Source: Guillardia theta CCMP2712 | Taxonomy: Eukaryota > Protista > Cryptophyta | DNA: 45,475 bases | Assembly (NCBI RefSeq): GCF_000315625.1 | Contig: NW_005434650.1 | Span: 229,507-274,981, forward strand | Direction: 5' to 3' | Shown here: piece by piece, positions 11,631 through 21,870 of the stretch | Layout: every line of letters starts with the position of its first letter | Position numbering within the stretch: the stretch's first letter is position 1 | Made by a program: the position numbers and the translations under genes | Notes under the pieces: model-generated | Databases searched by the model: none | What the model was told of the DNA's origin: nothing | The model's input: the letters and a program-made list of their open reading frames with translations, nothing else

Positions 11631-13631
11631 ATGGAGTTGGAAGAGGAAGATGAGGGGAGAGGAGAAGATGTAGAGGAGAACGAAGGGCACAGAGGGGTCA
11701 GTGCATGTACAGGTAAAATGCCAGCAATAGACAGTTGTTGATACATGAAGAGATGAGAGCAGAAGACTATTCGTATCCACAACGATCTGACACCAGGCTC
11801 GTTTCCTACCAGCAGGCATTTTCCATGGAGCATGGAGATACATGAGTATCAGCATAACCAAGCCGCTCTTGACAGCGCATCTCCTGACAAGGATGAAGAG
11901 AGCGTTCCTCTTATGCATGGCGACTGGACGTGGAACGGTAGTGCCCCATTGTTCGCTTCCAAAACCTTGTGAGCGGGTCTCAGCGGAAGCTCATGAACAT
12001 GCAGGAGAGTGTTGGGTCAAGGCGGACGGACACGCATATGACCCCGTGCTGAAGCGACTCTTCAAGGATGGAGTCCTGGTGTTCCAGGAGGACTGCGAGG
12101 AACATGGTGCGGAAGGAGGACACGAGCTGGAGGGCTCCGCTCATCGGGAGGGAGAGCATGAGGCTTGCGATGCCGTCACGTACGGTGATTGGATCTGGGA
12201 TGGTGCAGATGAGCGTCTGTGAGGCTGTAGGTACTGACGGTAGCGGCAGGCGAGATGTGGGTGACGGCAGACGGGTTCTCCTACCATCCGCTGCTGCAGC
12301 AGCTGTTCAAGCACGGAGAGCGAGTCATGCACGAAAGCTGCGAGGACAGCGAGAGGTTGCGACATCATCTGCTCGCTCAGGATTATGTGGCCAACTACGG
12401 GACTGAGAGGAGCGTCGAGATCGGAAAAGAGGAGGAGGAGAGAAAGGCGCAGGGGGAACGAGTGACCTTGAACGAGGCGGAGGAGGAGCGGGGGGTTGAT
12501 AGAGAGCAGGTCATGGAAGGGGAAGATGCGAGCGAACAACTTGCGGGTGCTAGCGGGGAGGGAGCAAAGGAGGAGGAGGAAGGGGCGAGCAGAAAAATCA
12601 AGAGGTACCATGTGGTGGGAACAAGTGGAGGGACTTTAGGGAGGAGCAAGGTAACGTGATCTTACTTGTGCGAGGAAGGAGAATGAAAGAGCCTGCAGGA
12701 GAGCACGGTCTTTGTGCCGAGGTCCAAATTGAGCAGGACGCATGCAAGGATCGTCTGGACCTGCGAGGACAGTAGCTTCGTCCTGCTGGATTGTAACAGC
12801 CGACGAGGCACTTTCTGCGATGGGAGGCGAGCAGGGAGTGAGGAAGGAGTGAAGCTCAGGAGAGGTTCGATCTTCTGCCTGGGGCAGCTCGTCAGCTTCC
12901 GAGTGAAGAGGATCGAGAGAAAAGAAACAGGAGAAGAGATCCACTTCGAGGAGATCAAATTCAAGGAGCAACATGCCATAGAAGCTCCTTCCCGCCCCGT
13001 CGCCCCTCCCCGAGTCTACAGAGACAGAGCGGCAGAACGGCGCTGCCTCTACAACTCGCTCGAGAGTCAAGCAACCCGTCAGGTCACTTCTTCCTACTCC
13101 CTCTGCCGCCCCTTCACTTTGGCTCCCTCTCCTCCTCTTCTGTCGCTCTGCTGCATTGTCCTGAGCTGCCTGCAGAAATATTCTGAGCTGCAGCGCGAGC
13201 AAGCGGCGCGAGAAGAGGAGTTCTTCAGCCGACAGGACCGTCTCACTGCTGTAGCCCAGAGCTTGGTAGAGAGCGGCAGAGCGACAGGTGTGAGATCTGA
13301 GAGGAGGAGAGGGGGAGAGGAGGGACCATGGGGAATTGAAGGGTTGCAAGGCCTCAGGGAGACGTTCCCTGACATTTTGACAGCATGCAAGAGCAAATGC
13401 GAATCAACGAGCGAGGAGGAGGAGGAGGAGGAGGACCCCGAGTGGCTGCAGCGGGGGAGGAAAATGCTGGAGAAGATGGGGTGGGAGCATGGCAAGGGGC
13501 TGGGCAAGCACAAGCAGGTGAAGCTGCGGTATGTTGCTCGCTTCCTCTTCCTGAACTCATCCCAGGGAATCTCCGCTCCCATCATCCCTTCATCTACTCT
13601 CGGCAAGAGCGGCATAGGAGCAGACAGGTAG
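11631..13631 (+). CDS. AGGF1-like protein: duplicated OCRE-like aromatic module + FHA domain + YRDRAAERR motif + G-patch
   Basis: ATG 11631 (MELEEEDEG). Two repeats HGDWTWNGECWVKADGHAYDPVLKRLF / YGDWIWDGEMWVTADGFSYHPLLQQLF. FHA: GGTLGRSK..LSRTHARI..LLDCNSRRGTFCDG. YRDRAAERR. G-patch: GRKMLEKMGWEHGKGLGKHKQGISAPI..GIG. Stop TAG 13629-13631. Confidence 0.82.
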
Positions 13632-13648
13632 CGTAGGAGCGGACGGGT

Positions 13649-16600
13649 TCACTTGTAAAGCTTCGAGAAGAATTTGGAGGAGAACTTGTGCTCGAGGAAG
13701 GTGACGGCTAGCAGGACCGCATCCTCACTCGGCGCGCAGCCCTGGAGGGCCTTGACGAGGGAGGCGAGGATGAGCTGCAGCTGCCGCAGCCCCTGCCAGG
13801 CTTCCCCGCTGCTCACTCCCGTCTCCCTGCAGACCTGCACGAGGCTCTCGGAGTTGTAGAAGTCCAGCACGAAGCTGCTCAGCGTCTTCTTCCTGCCCCG
13901 ACTCTCTTCCTGCAGCACTGGGCTCAAGTTCCCGTGCAGCCCCAGCTGAGGGTCAGCAGAGGAGATCAGCTCCTGGTAGTTGCTGAAGGAGCGCTTCGCT
14001 GCCCCCGACAGAGCGCAGAAGGAGGAGCGGATTGTCCAGCCCTCCTCTCCTCCTCCGCTCAAGCTCGCGACCACCTCGCTGCTCGGGTCCTGCTCGGACC
14101 TGCTGGTCGGGTACGAGACCCCAGAGAGAGGAAGCGAAGCCTCGGCCGGCACCCCTCGCGTTCGAGCAGCAGCTTCAGCTGCAGCGACTGCAGTGAGGAG
14201 CGACATGCTGTTGTAGCGGAGGAGGAGGTCTTGGCAGCGCTGGGAAAGAGGAGGAAGCACCACGGTACCCTTGGCCTTGCTGAGAAGCTCCTGGTCCAAG
14301 GCGCGGGACTGATGGATGGGATGGCGGACGAAGAAGAAGGAGAGGAGGAGGAGGAGGTCCCTCGCCACCGCATCCATGTTGCGCTCCGCCGATATCTGGC
14401 AGATCTCATGCATGACGCCGTTCTGAGAACAAGTGAGGAAGAGAAGGGAAAGGGGAAGGGAGAGGGAGAGGGGGAGGGGGAGGGGGAGCAGTAGCAGTAG
14501 GGAGGGGGCAGGAGGTACCTGAAGGAGCCAGAGGAAGGCGAGGTTGGAGGGCTCGAGGAAGTGAAGATGTTGTGCGAGGGAGGCGAGGGGCTGAGGCTCT
14601 CCTCGCTCGTCCACCAGCCCCATACGCATCAGCAGCTCGATGGCAAATTTGGCGTGCACCGGGAGGATCCGCTTGACGGCCGGCGACTCGACAGAGCAGT
14701 GGGGGAGGAGGAGGCAGCGAGTGATGGAGCTGCGAGCCGCCTGCTCTACGCTTCGGCTGACCCCGCGGACGTTGGGGACGCGCGAGAGGTAGGTGAGGAA
14801 GCGGAGGAGGAGGGAGGAGGAGAGGGAGTAGCGGGGCTGCAGGCGAGGGACTGGAGCGACGATGAGGCGGTGGAGCTTGTGGCGAGGGACGTCGAAGAAG
14901 ATGACGTGGCCGAGCACGTCGAGCCCTCGCCTGCCTGCCCTCCCGCTCATCTGCTGGTACTGGATGGCGTTGAGGGCCACGTGGTCGCCCGCGAAGACGA
15001 CGGAGCGGCAGGGCATGTTGATGCCGAAGGCGAGGGTCTCGGTGGCGACGACGAGGCGGAGGAAGCCGGAGCGGAAGAGCATCTCGACGGCCATACGGTA
15101 CTTGTTCTGCAGGCCCGAGTGATGGATGCCGATGCCGCGCCGGAGGATCTGAATGAGCGGGTGAGACTCCCCCATGCTCTTCCTCGCGCTCTCTGTGATC
15201 CTCTCAAAGTCGTACGCGCTGCTGCGACCCTCCTGCACGAAGGTGAACTGAGACTTGAAGACAGCCTCGTCCATGTTGCTCGTGTCGAACCTGTCCTCCC
15301 CCATCTCTGCCAGCTCCTGGAGCATCTCCTCCTCCTTCTTCTCTGAGATCACCTTGTCTCTCATCCTCTTGTGCATCTTCTCCTTCTGCTCCCGCGTCTT
15401 GTCGAAGTTCTTGAGCGTCTTCGCGTGTTCCGTTCGCGCTGCTTCCTCCGCGCTCTTGAGGATCTCGTTGAAGCCCAGCGCGATCCTCTCGCACATTCCT
15501 CGCTCGAAGTTGAAAATCACCGCGGGCAGGCGATCCTGCTTGTGCAGCACCGAGCACAACTTGAAGAGGCGCTTCACAAAGTCCTTGCGCCCCCCCTTGC
15601 TCGTGCTCTCTTCCTCCTGCTCCTGCTCCTCCTTCCTCTCCACCAGCTTGTTCCCCAGGGCTCTCAGCACCCGGATCGCTTCCTCTTGCCAACCGTTTCG
15701 GACCCACAGCAGGAATTCTTCCTTCACCGCCTGCTCATACGCCACCGCCTGCGGCTTCATCACGAACTGCATGTTGTCCTGGAAGAAGGCCTGAGGGTCC
15801 AACTTCCCCACTGCCTCCGCGCGACTTGCGATGGCGTCCTGCTCCTTGGCTCTCCTCACCTCCGCCTGCATCTTCTCGTACAGCAGCAGCGAGTCTCTCG
15901 GCTCGAACTTGAGGTTCGCCGGGATCGTCGCCGCCTGCAGCTGCGCGCTTGTGAAGCTGGCGAGGGGATGGAGCGAGTCCAGGTACTCCGAGCACTCGAT
16001 CTTGGACGAGGAGTGATCCACACGAGGACGCGTATGCAGCCTTGCCCACCGCACGAGCTCCTCCGCCTTCACCTCCTGCTCCTCCTCCTGCTCCTCCTCT
16101 TCATCCTCCACAAAGACGTGCCTTCTCAGGTCCACCCATCGCTCGTGGTGCTGCACGAGCTTGACAGTGTACGACTCTCTTTCCTCCCCCCCGTCCACCA
16201 GCCGCTGCAAGTTCTTCACGGCCTGCAGCCAGCTCACAAACTGCTCGGGCTCTCCGACGGTGGCGCTGAGGGCGAGGAAGGGAGCGTTGGCAAAGAGAAG
16301 GATCCTCTCCCACAACCTGCCCTCCTCCGAGCTCGAGATGCAGTGAACCTCGTCGAGGATCACGTAGCGGATCCTCTGGGCCCACGAGGCATTGTCGGGG
16401 TCCATCAGCAGCGCCTCGAAGCACTCGGGGACGGTGACGAGAATGCGGCAGGAGAGGGCGCGATGGCGGTAGGAGTCAGTGAAGATGCCGAAGGCGGAGT
16501 GGAAGGAGCCGTAGACCTGCGCGGCGATCTGGTTGATGAGAGCCTTGGTGGGAGCGACGAAGACGAGGATGCCGTCCTTGTACCGGCTGTCCCGCATGAT

Positions 16601-19126
16601 CTTCTCCATACAGTAGTAGGAGATGAACGTCTTGCCCGACGACGTCGGCGCGCAGACCAGCGCGGAGTCTCTGCTGTCAACCACGTCCAGGAGCTCGCGC
16701 TGCCAGTCGTCCGGGGTGAAGGTGACGATCCTCGGGTCCTTCACCTTGGGCGGCGGGCGAGGAAGCAGGTGGCCCATGTGCTCTAGCTGGAAGTGAGGTG
16801 AGCTCTTGCTGAAGACGCTCAGCTTGTTCCGCTGAAACCTCATCAGCTCCTTCACCTCCTCGTCCAGCGCCTCTCGCGCCTCCTTGTCCCCCGCGTCCAC
16901 CAGCCACTCGGAGACCTTGGCTGCCGCATCCGTGAAGCCCAGTTGGATCATCGTCCGCAGGACCTCCACCCTCGCCTCCTCCGCCGGCTCCCACTTGACC
17001 TCCTTCAGCGCCTGCACGTGCACAGTGATGATCGAGTAGACCATCTCCATTGTCAAGATTGCGAACTTCATGTTCTCCCGATGCCCCTCCCTGTCCTCCT
17101 GCCACGCGCTCTTGCACTCCCGCAGCCGCTCGAGCGCCACCTGCATGGCGAGCTTCGGCTGTTGGGCGCTGATGCAGCGACGGGAGAAGTCGTCGAGGTC
17201 TTTGATCTTGGCGACGGCGTTGGAGGAAGACTTGATCGAGTTCTGCAGCTCTCGCCACTCGCCCTCCAGCTTGTTCTCCGTGCCCTTGGCCTTCTTCGCC
17301 TGGATGTCAAGGAGCATCTGCTCCTTCTTCGACAGCTTCTTCTCCTTGGGCTTCTTCTCCTTTCCCTTTCCCTTCCCCTTCTCTTCCACCTCTGCCTCTT
17401 CGCCCCTCTCCTCCGAGCTCGCATGCGACCTTGGTGTTGACTTGGGCGTGTCTGAGTTGCTCGAGATAGCCGTCGCCCCTAGCACGGTCGTCCCAGAGAG
17501 CGAGGCCGCGTACTCGTGCAGGTGGCGGAAGTACATCTGGCTCTGCCTCGCCTTCCAACGCAGCTGCCTCCTCTTCTCCCACTCGCTCATCGATCGGCTC
17601 GAGGGCTCCAGGGAGGCTGACTGGTCCCTGCTGTGCGTCCACAGGAAGCTGGGGAAGTTCGCGTCGAGCTTCCATCCCATCTTCTCCAGGAACGAGGAGC
17701 CGGAGGGCATCGCTCCCTCCTCGCTCAGCTTCAGGTCAGCATCCTCCACCCCACTCTCCTTGAGGAACGAGTGCAAGAGCGAGTCCCGTGCGACCGGGAG
17801 AGGCTCCAGAGTTTCTTGCATCCCCTCGACTCTCCTCTCAGCACACCCGCTGACGGCCAGAGGAAGGAAACTGCCGGCGATTTCCGTCCCTTCAGCAACG
17901 CAGCTCCACATCAGGGCAAGGAGGTCAAGGTCTTGTTGCGACAGGAGCTTCTGGTCGCATCGGCTGGAAAGACTGTGCAAGAGAAGGCCGTCAGCGAAGT
18001 CAGTGAGAGAGCTTTGAATGCTCTTCTCCTCCACTAACTTCAGCCCTGAGGTCAACCAGGTCGAGTCCACCACATTCTCTAAGATCTCATCTTGGATTCT
18101 CTTCAACACATCACAGAATTCCCCACTCCCTTCGCACCCACACAGCCGCGCGCGCTCGCAGAGGGTGAAGGAGCCTGTCTCGAGCAAGTAGATGTGCTGG
18201 ATGAACAGCTTGACGGCCTGGACGCTCTTGCTGCACGTCTGATGCTTCGCAGCGACGATGGAGCAGGACCAGAGGCATGCCGCCAGTCGCAGACTCTTGT
18301 CGACTTTGCTGAACAGCTGCACGACGATAGGGCGTTGAAGAAACTCAAGTAGGCTCGACTCGTCCGAGCTGGGCGAGCGGGGGAGCTGAGGCTTGCCGAT
18401 GAAGGAGGACTCACCAAGGGCTGACGATCTGCCGGGGGACGAGAGGTAGAAGGCTTTGACCTCTCTATCTAGCAGCTCCATGCCTTCCAGGAAGAAGAGG
18501 TTGTAACCAGAAAAGAAACAATCGAGAGCAAGGGCCTGGAAGGGGCTCCCATCGGAGACCGCGATGGTGGCGGGTTTAAACTCAGAGCAGAAGGTCTTCC
18601 ACTCTTCGCAGGCAGGAGACTCGAAGTTCTCTGTCTCGAACCCCCTCCCCCTCATCCTCTCCAGGTGCCTCCTCATCAGATCTCGCGCTATCCGCCGCGA
18701 GCCCTGCCACACGGCCGCGTGCGAGTCGAAGAACACCACCGCAAAGTTGGACCCCCGGCCCACCAGCTGAGAGAGGAGCAGCTCGAGCAGGTAGGTCACT
18801 TGCAGCAGCTGACCCCCCCACCCCCATGCGAGGCTCTCGTCCTCGAAGATGTAGGACATCAACGAGTCGCCCTCGATAATGAACCGCTCGATCTCCCCGA
18901 AGTCAGAGAGGACAGTGATGAAGTGAGGGCGCAAGGAGCTGTAGCTTCCTCTCGAAGACAAGAGCTCGCCCTCGGTTGCTAACTCAGGCTCCTTCATCGA
19001 CTCGGCGTCCCCGAAATCTTCTTCGCCCACCACTGAGCTCGATGGCGTCATGGTGACCAGCGCTGAAAGCTCCGAGGATTCATCGTCCAAGGCTTCGAAG
19101 TCAAAGTTTTCACCGTCTTCTGCCAT
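13649..19126 (-). CDS. DDX60: DDX60-like Ski2-family DExD/H RNA helicase (~1790 aa), single probable intron 14423-14518
   Basis: Motif I APTSSGKTFISYYCMEK, Ia VAPTKALINQ, II ILDEVHCI, III LSATV, GIGIHHSGL, V ATETLAFGINMPCRSVVF, VI QMSGRAGRRGLD. N-terminal LSDFGEIERFIIEGDSL..GGQLLQVTYLLE matches the DDX60 PIN-like N-domain as recalled. First in-frame ATG at 19126. Confidence 0.9.
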   Translation of the reverse strand: MAEDGENFDFEALDDESSELSALVTMTPSSSVVGEEDFGDAESMKEPELATEGELLSSRGSYSSLRPHFITVLSDFGEIERFIIEGDSLMSYIFEDESLAWGWGGQLLQVTYLLELLLSQLVGRGSNFAVVFFDSHAAVWQGSRRIARDLMRRHLERMRGRGFETENFESPACEEWKTFCSEFKPATIAVSDGSPFQALALDCFFSGYNLFFLEGMELLDREVKAFYLSSPGRSSALGESSFIGKPQLPRSPSSDESSLLEFLQRPIVVQLFSKVDKSLRLAACLWSCSIVAAKHQTCSKSVQAVKLFIQHIYLLETGSFTLCERARLCGCEGSGEFCDVLKRIQDEILENVVDSTWLTSGLKLVEEKSIQSSLTDFADGLLLHSLSSRCDQKLLSQQDLDLLALMWSCVAEGTEIAGSFLPLAVSGCAERRVEGMQETLEPLPVARDSLLHSFLKESGVEDADLKLSEEGAMPSGSSFLEKMGWKLDANFPSFLWTHSRDQSASLEPSSRSMSEWEKRRQLRWKARQSQMYFRHLHEYAASLSGTTVLGATAISSNSDTPKSTPRSHASSEERGEEAEVEEKGKGKGKEKKPKEKKLSKKEQMLLDIQAKKAKGTENKLEGEWRELQNSIKSSSNAVAKIKDLDDFSRRCISAQQPKLAMQVALERLRECKSAWQEDREGHRENMKFAILTMEMVYSIITVHVQALKEVKWEPAEEARVEVLRTMIQLGFTDAAAKVSEWLVDAGDKEAREALDEEVKELMRFQRNKLSVFSKSSPHFQLEHMGHLLPRPPPKVKDPRIVTFTPDDWQRELLDVVDSRDSALVCAPTSSGKTFISYYCMEKIMRDSRYKDGILVFVAPTKALINQIAAQVYGSFHSAFGIFTDSYRHRALSCRILVTVPECFEALLMDPDNASWAQRIRYVILDEVHCISSSEEGRLWERILLFANAPFLALSATVGEPEQFVSWLQAVKNLQRLVDGGEERESYTVKLVQHHERWVDLRRHVFVEDEEEEQEEEQEVKAEELVRWARLHTRPRVDHSSSKIECSEYLDSLHPLASFTSAQLQAATIPANLKFEPRDSLLLYEKMQAEVRRAKEQDAIASRAEAVGKLDPQAFFQDNMQFVMKPQAVAYEQAVKEEFLLWVRNGWQEEAIRVLRALGNKLVERKEEQEQEEESTSKGGRKDFVKRLFKLCSVLHKQDRLPAVIFNFERGMCERIALGFNEILKSAEEAARTEHAKTLKNFDKTREQKEKMHKRMRDKVISEKKEEEMLQELAEMGEDRFDTSNMDEAVFKSQFTFVQEGRSSAYDFERITESARKSMGESHPLIQILRRGIGIHHSGLQNKYRMAVEMLFRSGFLRLVVATETLAFGINMPCRSVVFAGDHVALNAIQYQQMSGRAGRRGLDVLGHVIFFDVPRHKLHRLIVAPVPRLQPRYSLSSSLLLRFLTYLSRVPNVRGVSRSVEQAARSSITRCLLLPHCSVESPAVKRILPVHAKFAIELLMRMGLVDERGEPQPLASLAQHLHFLEPSNLAFLWLLQVPPAPSLLLLLPLPLPLSLSLPLSLLFLTCSQNGVMHEICQISAERNMDAVARDLLLLLSFFFVRHPIHQSRALDQELLSKAKGTVVLPPLSQRCQDLLLRYNSMSLLTAVAAAEAAARTRGVPAEASLPLSGVSYPTSRSEQDPSSEVVASLSGGGEEGWTIRSSFCALSGAAKRSFSNYQELISSADPQLGLHGNLSPVLQEESRGRKKTLSSFVLDFYNSESLVQVCRETGVSSGEAWQGLRQLQLILASLVKALQGCAPSEDAVLLAVTFLEHKFSSKFFSKLYK

Positions 19127-19414
19127 CGTTCGCTGGTGCTTCAAAAGAATTAAAACTGCACAACAAATCAGCGATTTGTGATCATAATGGCTGTCTTGTT
19201 ATGCTTTCTATTCCATGATCTCGGACTGTCGTTGTTGAAAACTCATCTGACGATGATAATAGAAGCTCGATTTCTCGGCATCGTCAGATTACTGAGGAGA
19301 TAGCCTGATAAACCTTCTATGAATTCTTCTCTTCCCATTTGCATTCCATGCTGTCTCCTTGTTGTTTACTCAATTTTCTGTTCTCCTAGTCTTGCCTCGT
19401 CTCTTCGTTACTAC

Positions 19415-19545
19415 CCCTCTCCTGTCCTTCTCTCCTCCTCTCTTCTCTCTATCTCTCCTCTCTCCTTGCTCCTCTCTCCTTGCTCCTCTCTCCTCTCTCC
19501 TCTCTCCTCTCTCCTCTCTCCTCTCTCCTCTCTCCTCTTTCTCGC
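19415..19545. repeat. (CTCTCCT)n pyrimidine tract upstream of DDX60
   Basis: Heptamer-periodic CT array. Confidence 0.85.
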
Positions 19546-19804
19546 TTCCCTTCATCTTCCTACCATCTTCCTTGTTCGCTCTACATGCACGCGATTCAGC
19601 TTTGTCCTTGCACCCTACCCCAAGTCACCTTGAATATTACCCCCACCCCTCTTTCACCTTCTTTTCACCCTACCTTTCTCAGAATCTACCCTACCCACTG
19701 CACATGATTATAGTGTTATAATTATGTATAATATGTATAATTCACAAAAACGATTATAAAACAGAAATTTGTCTGGAATTAGCTGAGTCACCGCTTTTCT
19801 CAAA

Positions 19805-21774
19805 ATGGACGTGGAAGCTAGGGTAACCATGCCGCTGCCGCTGCCGCCGCCGCTGCCGCTCCTCCTCCTCCTCCTCCTCCTCCTCCTGATCTTGCTACTT
19901 CTCTTGATCATCCTTGTGCTCGTGTTGCTCATGCCTCTGCCCTTGCCGTACCTCATCTTCCTGCTCCGTTGCTCGTTCTCGTGTGCTACAACTCCAGCTC
20001 AAGCTCCTGTACTACCACTACCGCCGCCTTTGCCGTCACACGCCTCGCCTCTTGACACTCCTTCTCCTGCTCCTTTTCCTGTGCTGCCACTTCTGCCCTC
20101 ATTGTGCTCATTCTACCTGCAATAATCAATTCATGGTTGAACCTGATGATTTCCTGCTCGCTGAAAGATTGTTTGACAGGAAGAAGAAACTGAACCCAAA
20201 ATTTTCTCTGCCAAGAAGCGACTGGGACTTGTCGGGGTACTTGATCCAAGGAGTGCGAAGCCAGTCTCATTCATCATTCAGGTCATGGCAGTACTCGCTG
20301 GAACGGCTGTGTTCTTCAGTGCAGAAGAGAACGTAGCGGAGACTAAGATATGGGATAGAGAGATGGCTGGAATACGGAATGCGACAGCGTAACTTCAGCC
20401 AGCATGCTTCCATAGTTGTTGACTTTTCTTCAGACTGCCTGAACAGCTTGCAAGAAAGTTTCTCATTAGGAATAATCTCGTCTGGAAGCAGGTGCCTTCA
20501 GAGAAGGATTGGACCTGTGGTATGAAGTTGGAAAGTTTGTTGAATTCGCACCATTTCCAGGCGGAGGACAAGTGCAAGAGTTATGGTGCAGAAGTGTGTC
20601 CCTTGAAGAACGTCTGCAACGGAAAATCGCCAAAGTGAGCGACCATGTGGTGATACAAGGATCTGAGATCATTGTTAGTGCGCAAAGAGTTCTCTGTACG
20701 GAGAGAGGAAGGAAGAGATGCACCAAGAAGGATGAGGTTGATCCTTGGATCTTCTCTATCCTGGCCTGATGATCCTCCAGCGGCAACTTCAGAGCAGGTG
20801 GGTGCCAGTGAAGGTTGAAGCCAGCAAGCAAGTGAGTGACGAAGGCGGAATGCGGATCAATTATGACGTTCCCTCAGTGGGTCAGCACCGATGACTGCTC
20901 GGCTGTTGAGTTTCCCGAGGACAAGAAGATGAGAGGTGTTGTCGCCTGCTGCGGGATGATGCGAGGCAAAGGACCATACGACGTCCTCGCTGTCCACCTT
21001 GCGCCTGTCGTGCAGGAGGTTAGGAAGGTACCCGCACTGGCCTTGCGTCCGTTGAAGTCACTTGGGAGAGAAGTCAGGTCTGGGGAAGAGGAAGTACAGA
21101 CCCGGACAGAGAGACTCCTGGAGTCAGCATGAGTATGTGGACAAGATGAGGAGCAATGATCCGTTCCTCGCTCACAAGCAGTCGGGGACGAAAGTGAAGT
21201 CGTTCCATGAGCATGTACGCGTGCTAGAGGAGACCCTTGCTTCTCACACACCTTCCAGGTAACTGACAAGGCGAAAGAGCACTTGGGGACACAGACAGTG
21301 AACGCCATCTCTGACAAGATTGCCGACATTCATGGTCAAATGAAGTGAGACTAACTTTGACTTTGAGACTTGATGCTGACGAGCTCGTTCAGGTCGGGCA
21401 TCGGATTGCTTCTCAATTCCTTTTCTCCTTCGGCCAACGCAACCTCCACATCGAACCTCAAAGAATCCGCTCGCACGTGAGTACGAGCTTGCGTCGCTCT
21501 CGTCCTCACGGTGGTCAAAGGAAACTGTCGTTTGGAGTCACTCAAGCCGTCAGGAACGCGACGAAGCAAGGTCGTTCGAGGCCTCGTAGAGCAGGCTAAG
21601 CCACTGAAGGTCAAACCTTGCAGGCAAGGGTTGGTCACCTTGAGGTGGAACGATCTCTCAACTGTTCGAGTGAGTGGAGAAGGGGCGCATCCGAGGCTCC
21701 TTGGAATGTACAGGATAGGTTTACGGAAAGATGTTCTGCCTTCTGTCGGCTGCTGGCTTATTGGTCAAGCTTGA
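19805..21774 (+). CDS. Hypothetical protein, probable type II membrane anchor followed by a small Cys-rich domain, multi-exon
   Basis: By-eye splicing gives MDVEAR|EEETEPKIF..VSFIIQVMAVLAGTAVFFSA (hydrophobic anchor)..QAEDKCKSYGAEVCPLKNVCNGKSP..SRWVPVKVEASKQWVSTDDC..GVVACC. Canonical GT-AG junctions; the 3' exon frames and the stop at 21772-21774 are uncertain. Confidence 0.55.
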
Positions 21775-21870
21775 ATTGTAAATAAAGGATCCTTGAGGGA
21801 TACTGAGAAATGGTTTCTTCTTTCAGACGGGAGCCTTCTTTCAGACGGGAGCCCAGGGCCCTCGCTTGCA

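Noticed and set aside
11486-11833. Aromatic-rich - strand ORF (MAHWWVYAFYVRNH..)
   Set aside because: Overlaps the promoter motifs and first exons of the + strand AGGF1-like gene; the FD/FE repeats are the reverse translation of the GGTCAAA motifs.
14561-18037. Long + strand ORFs (e.g. 15371-16786, 471 aa; 17070-18017; 14561-15346)
   Set aside because: Antisense shadows of the GC3-rich DDX60 reading frame; no independent motifs.
21818-21853. Perfect 18-bp tandem duplication TTCTTTCAGACGGGAGCC x2 between convergent genes
   Set aside because: Single local duplication with nothing inserted between the copies; no evidence of function or of a mobile-element footprint.
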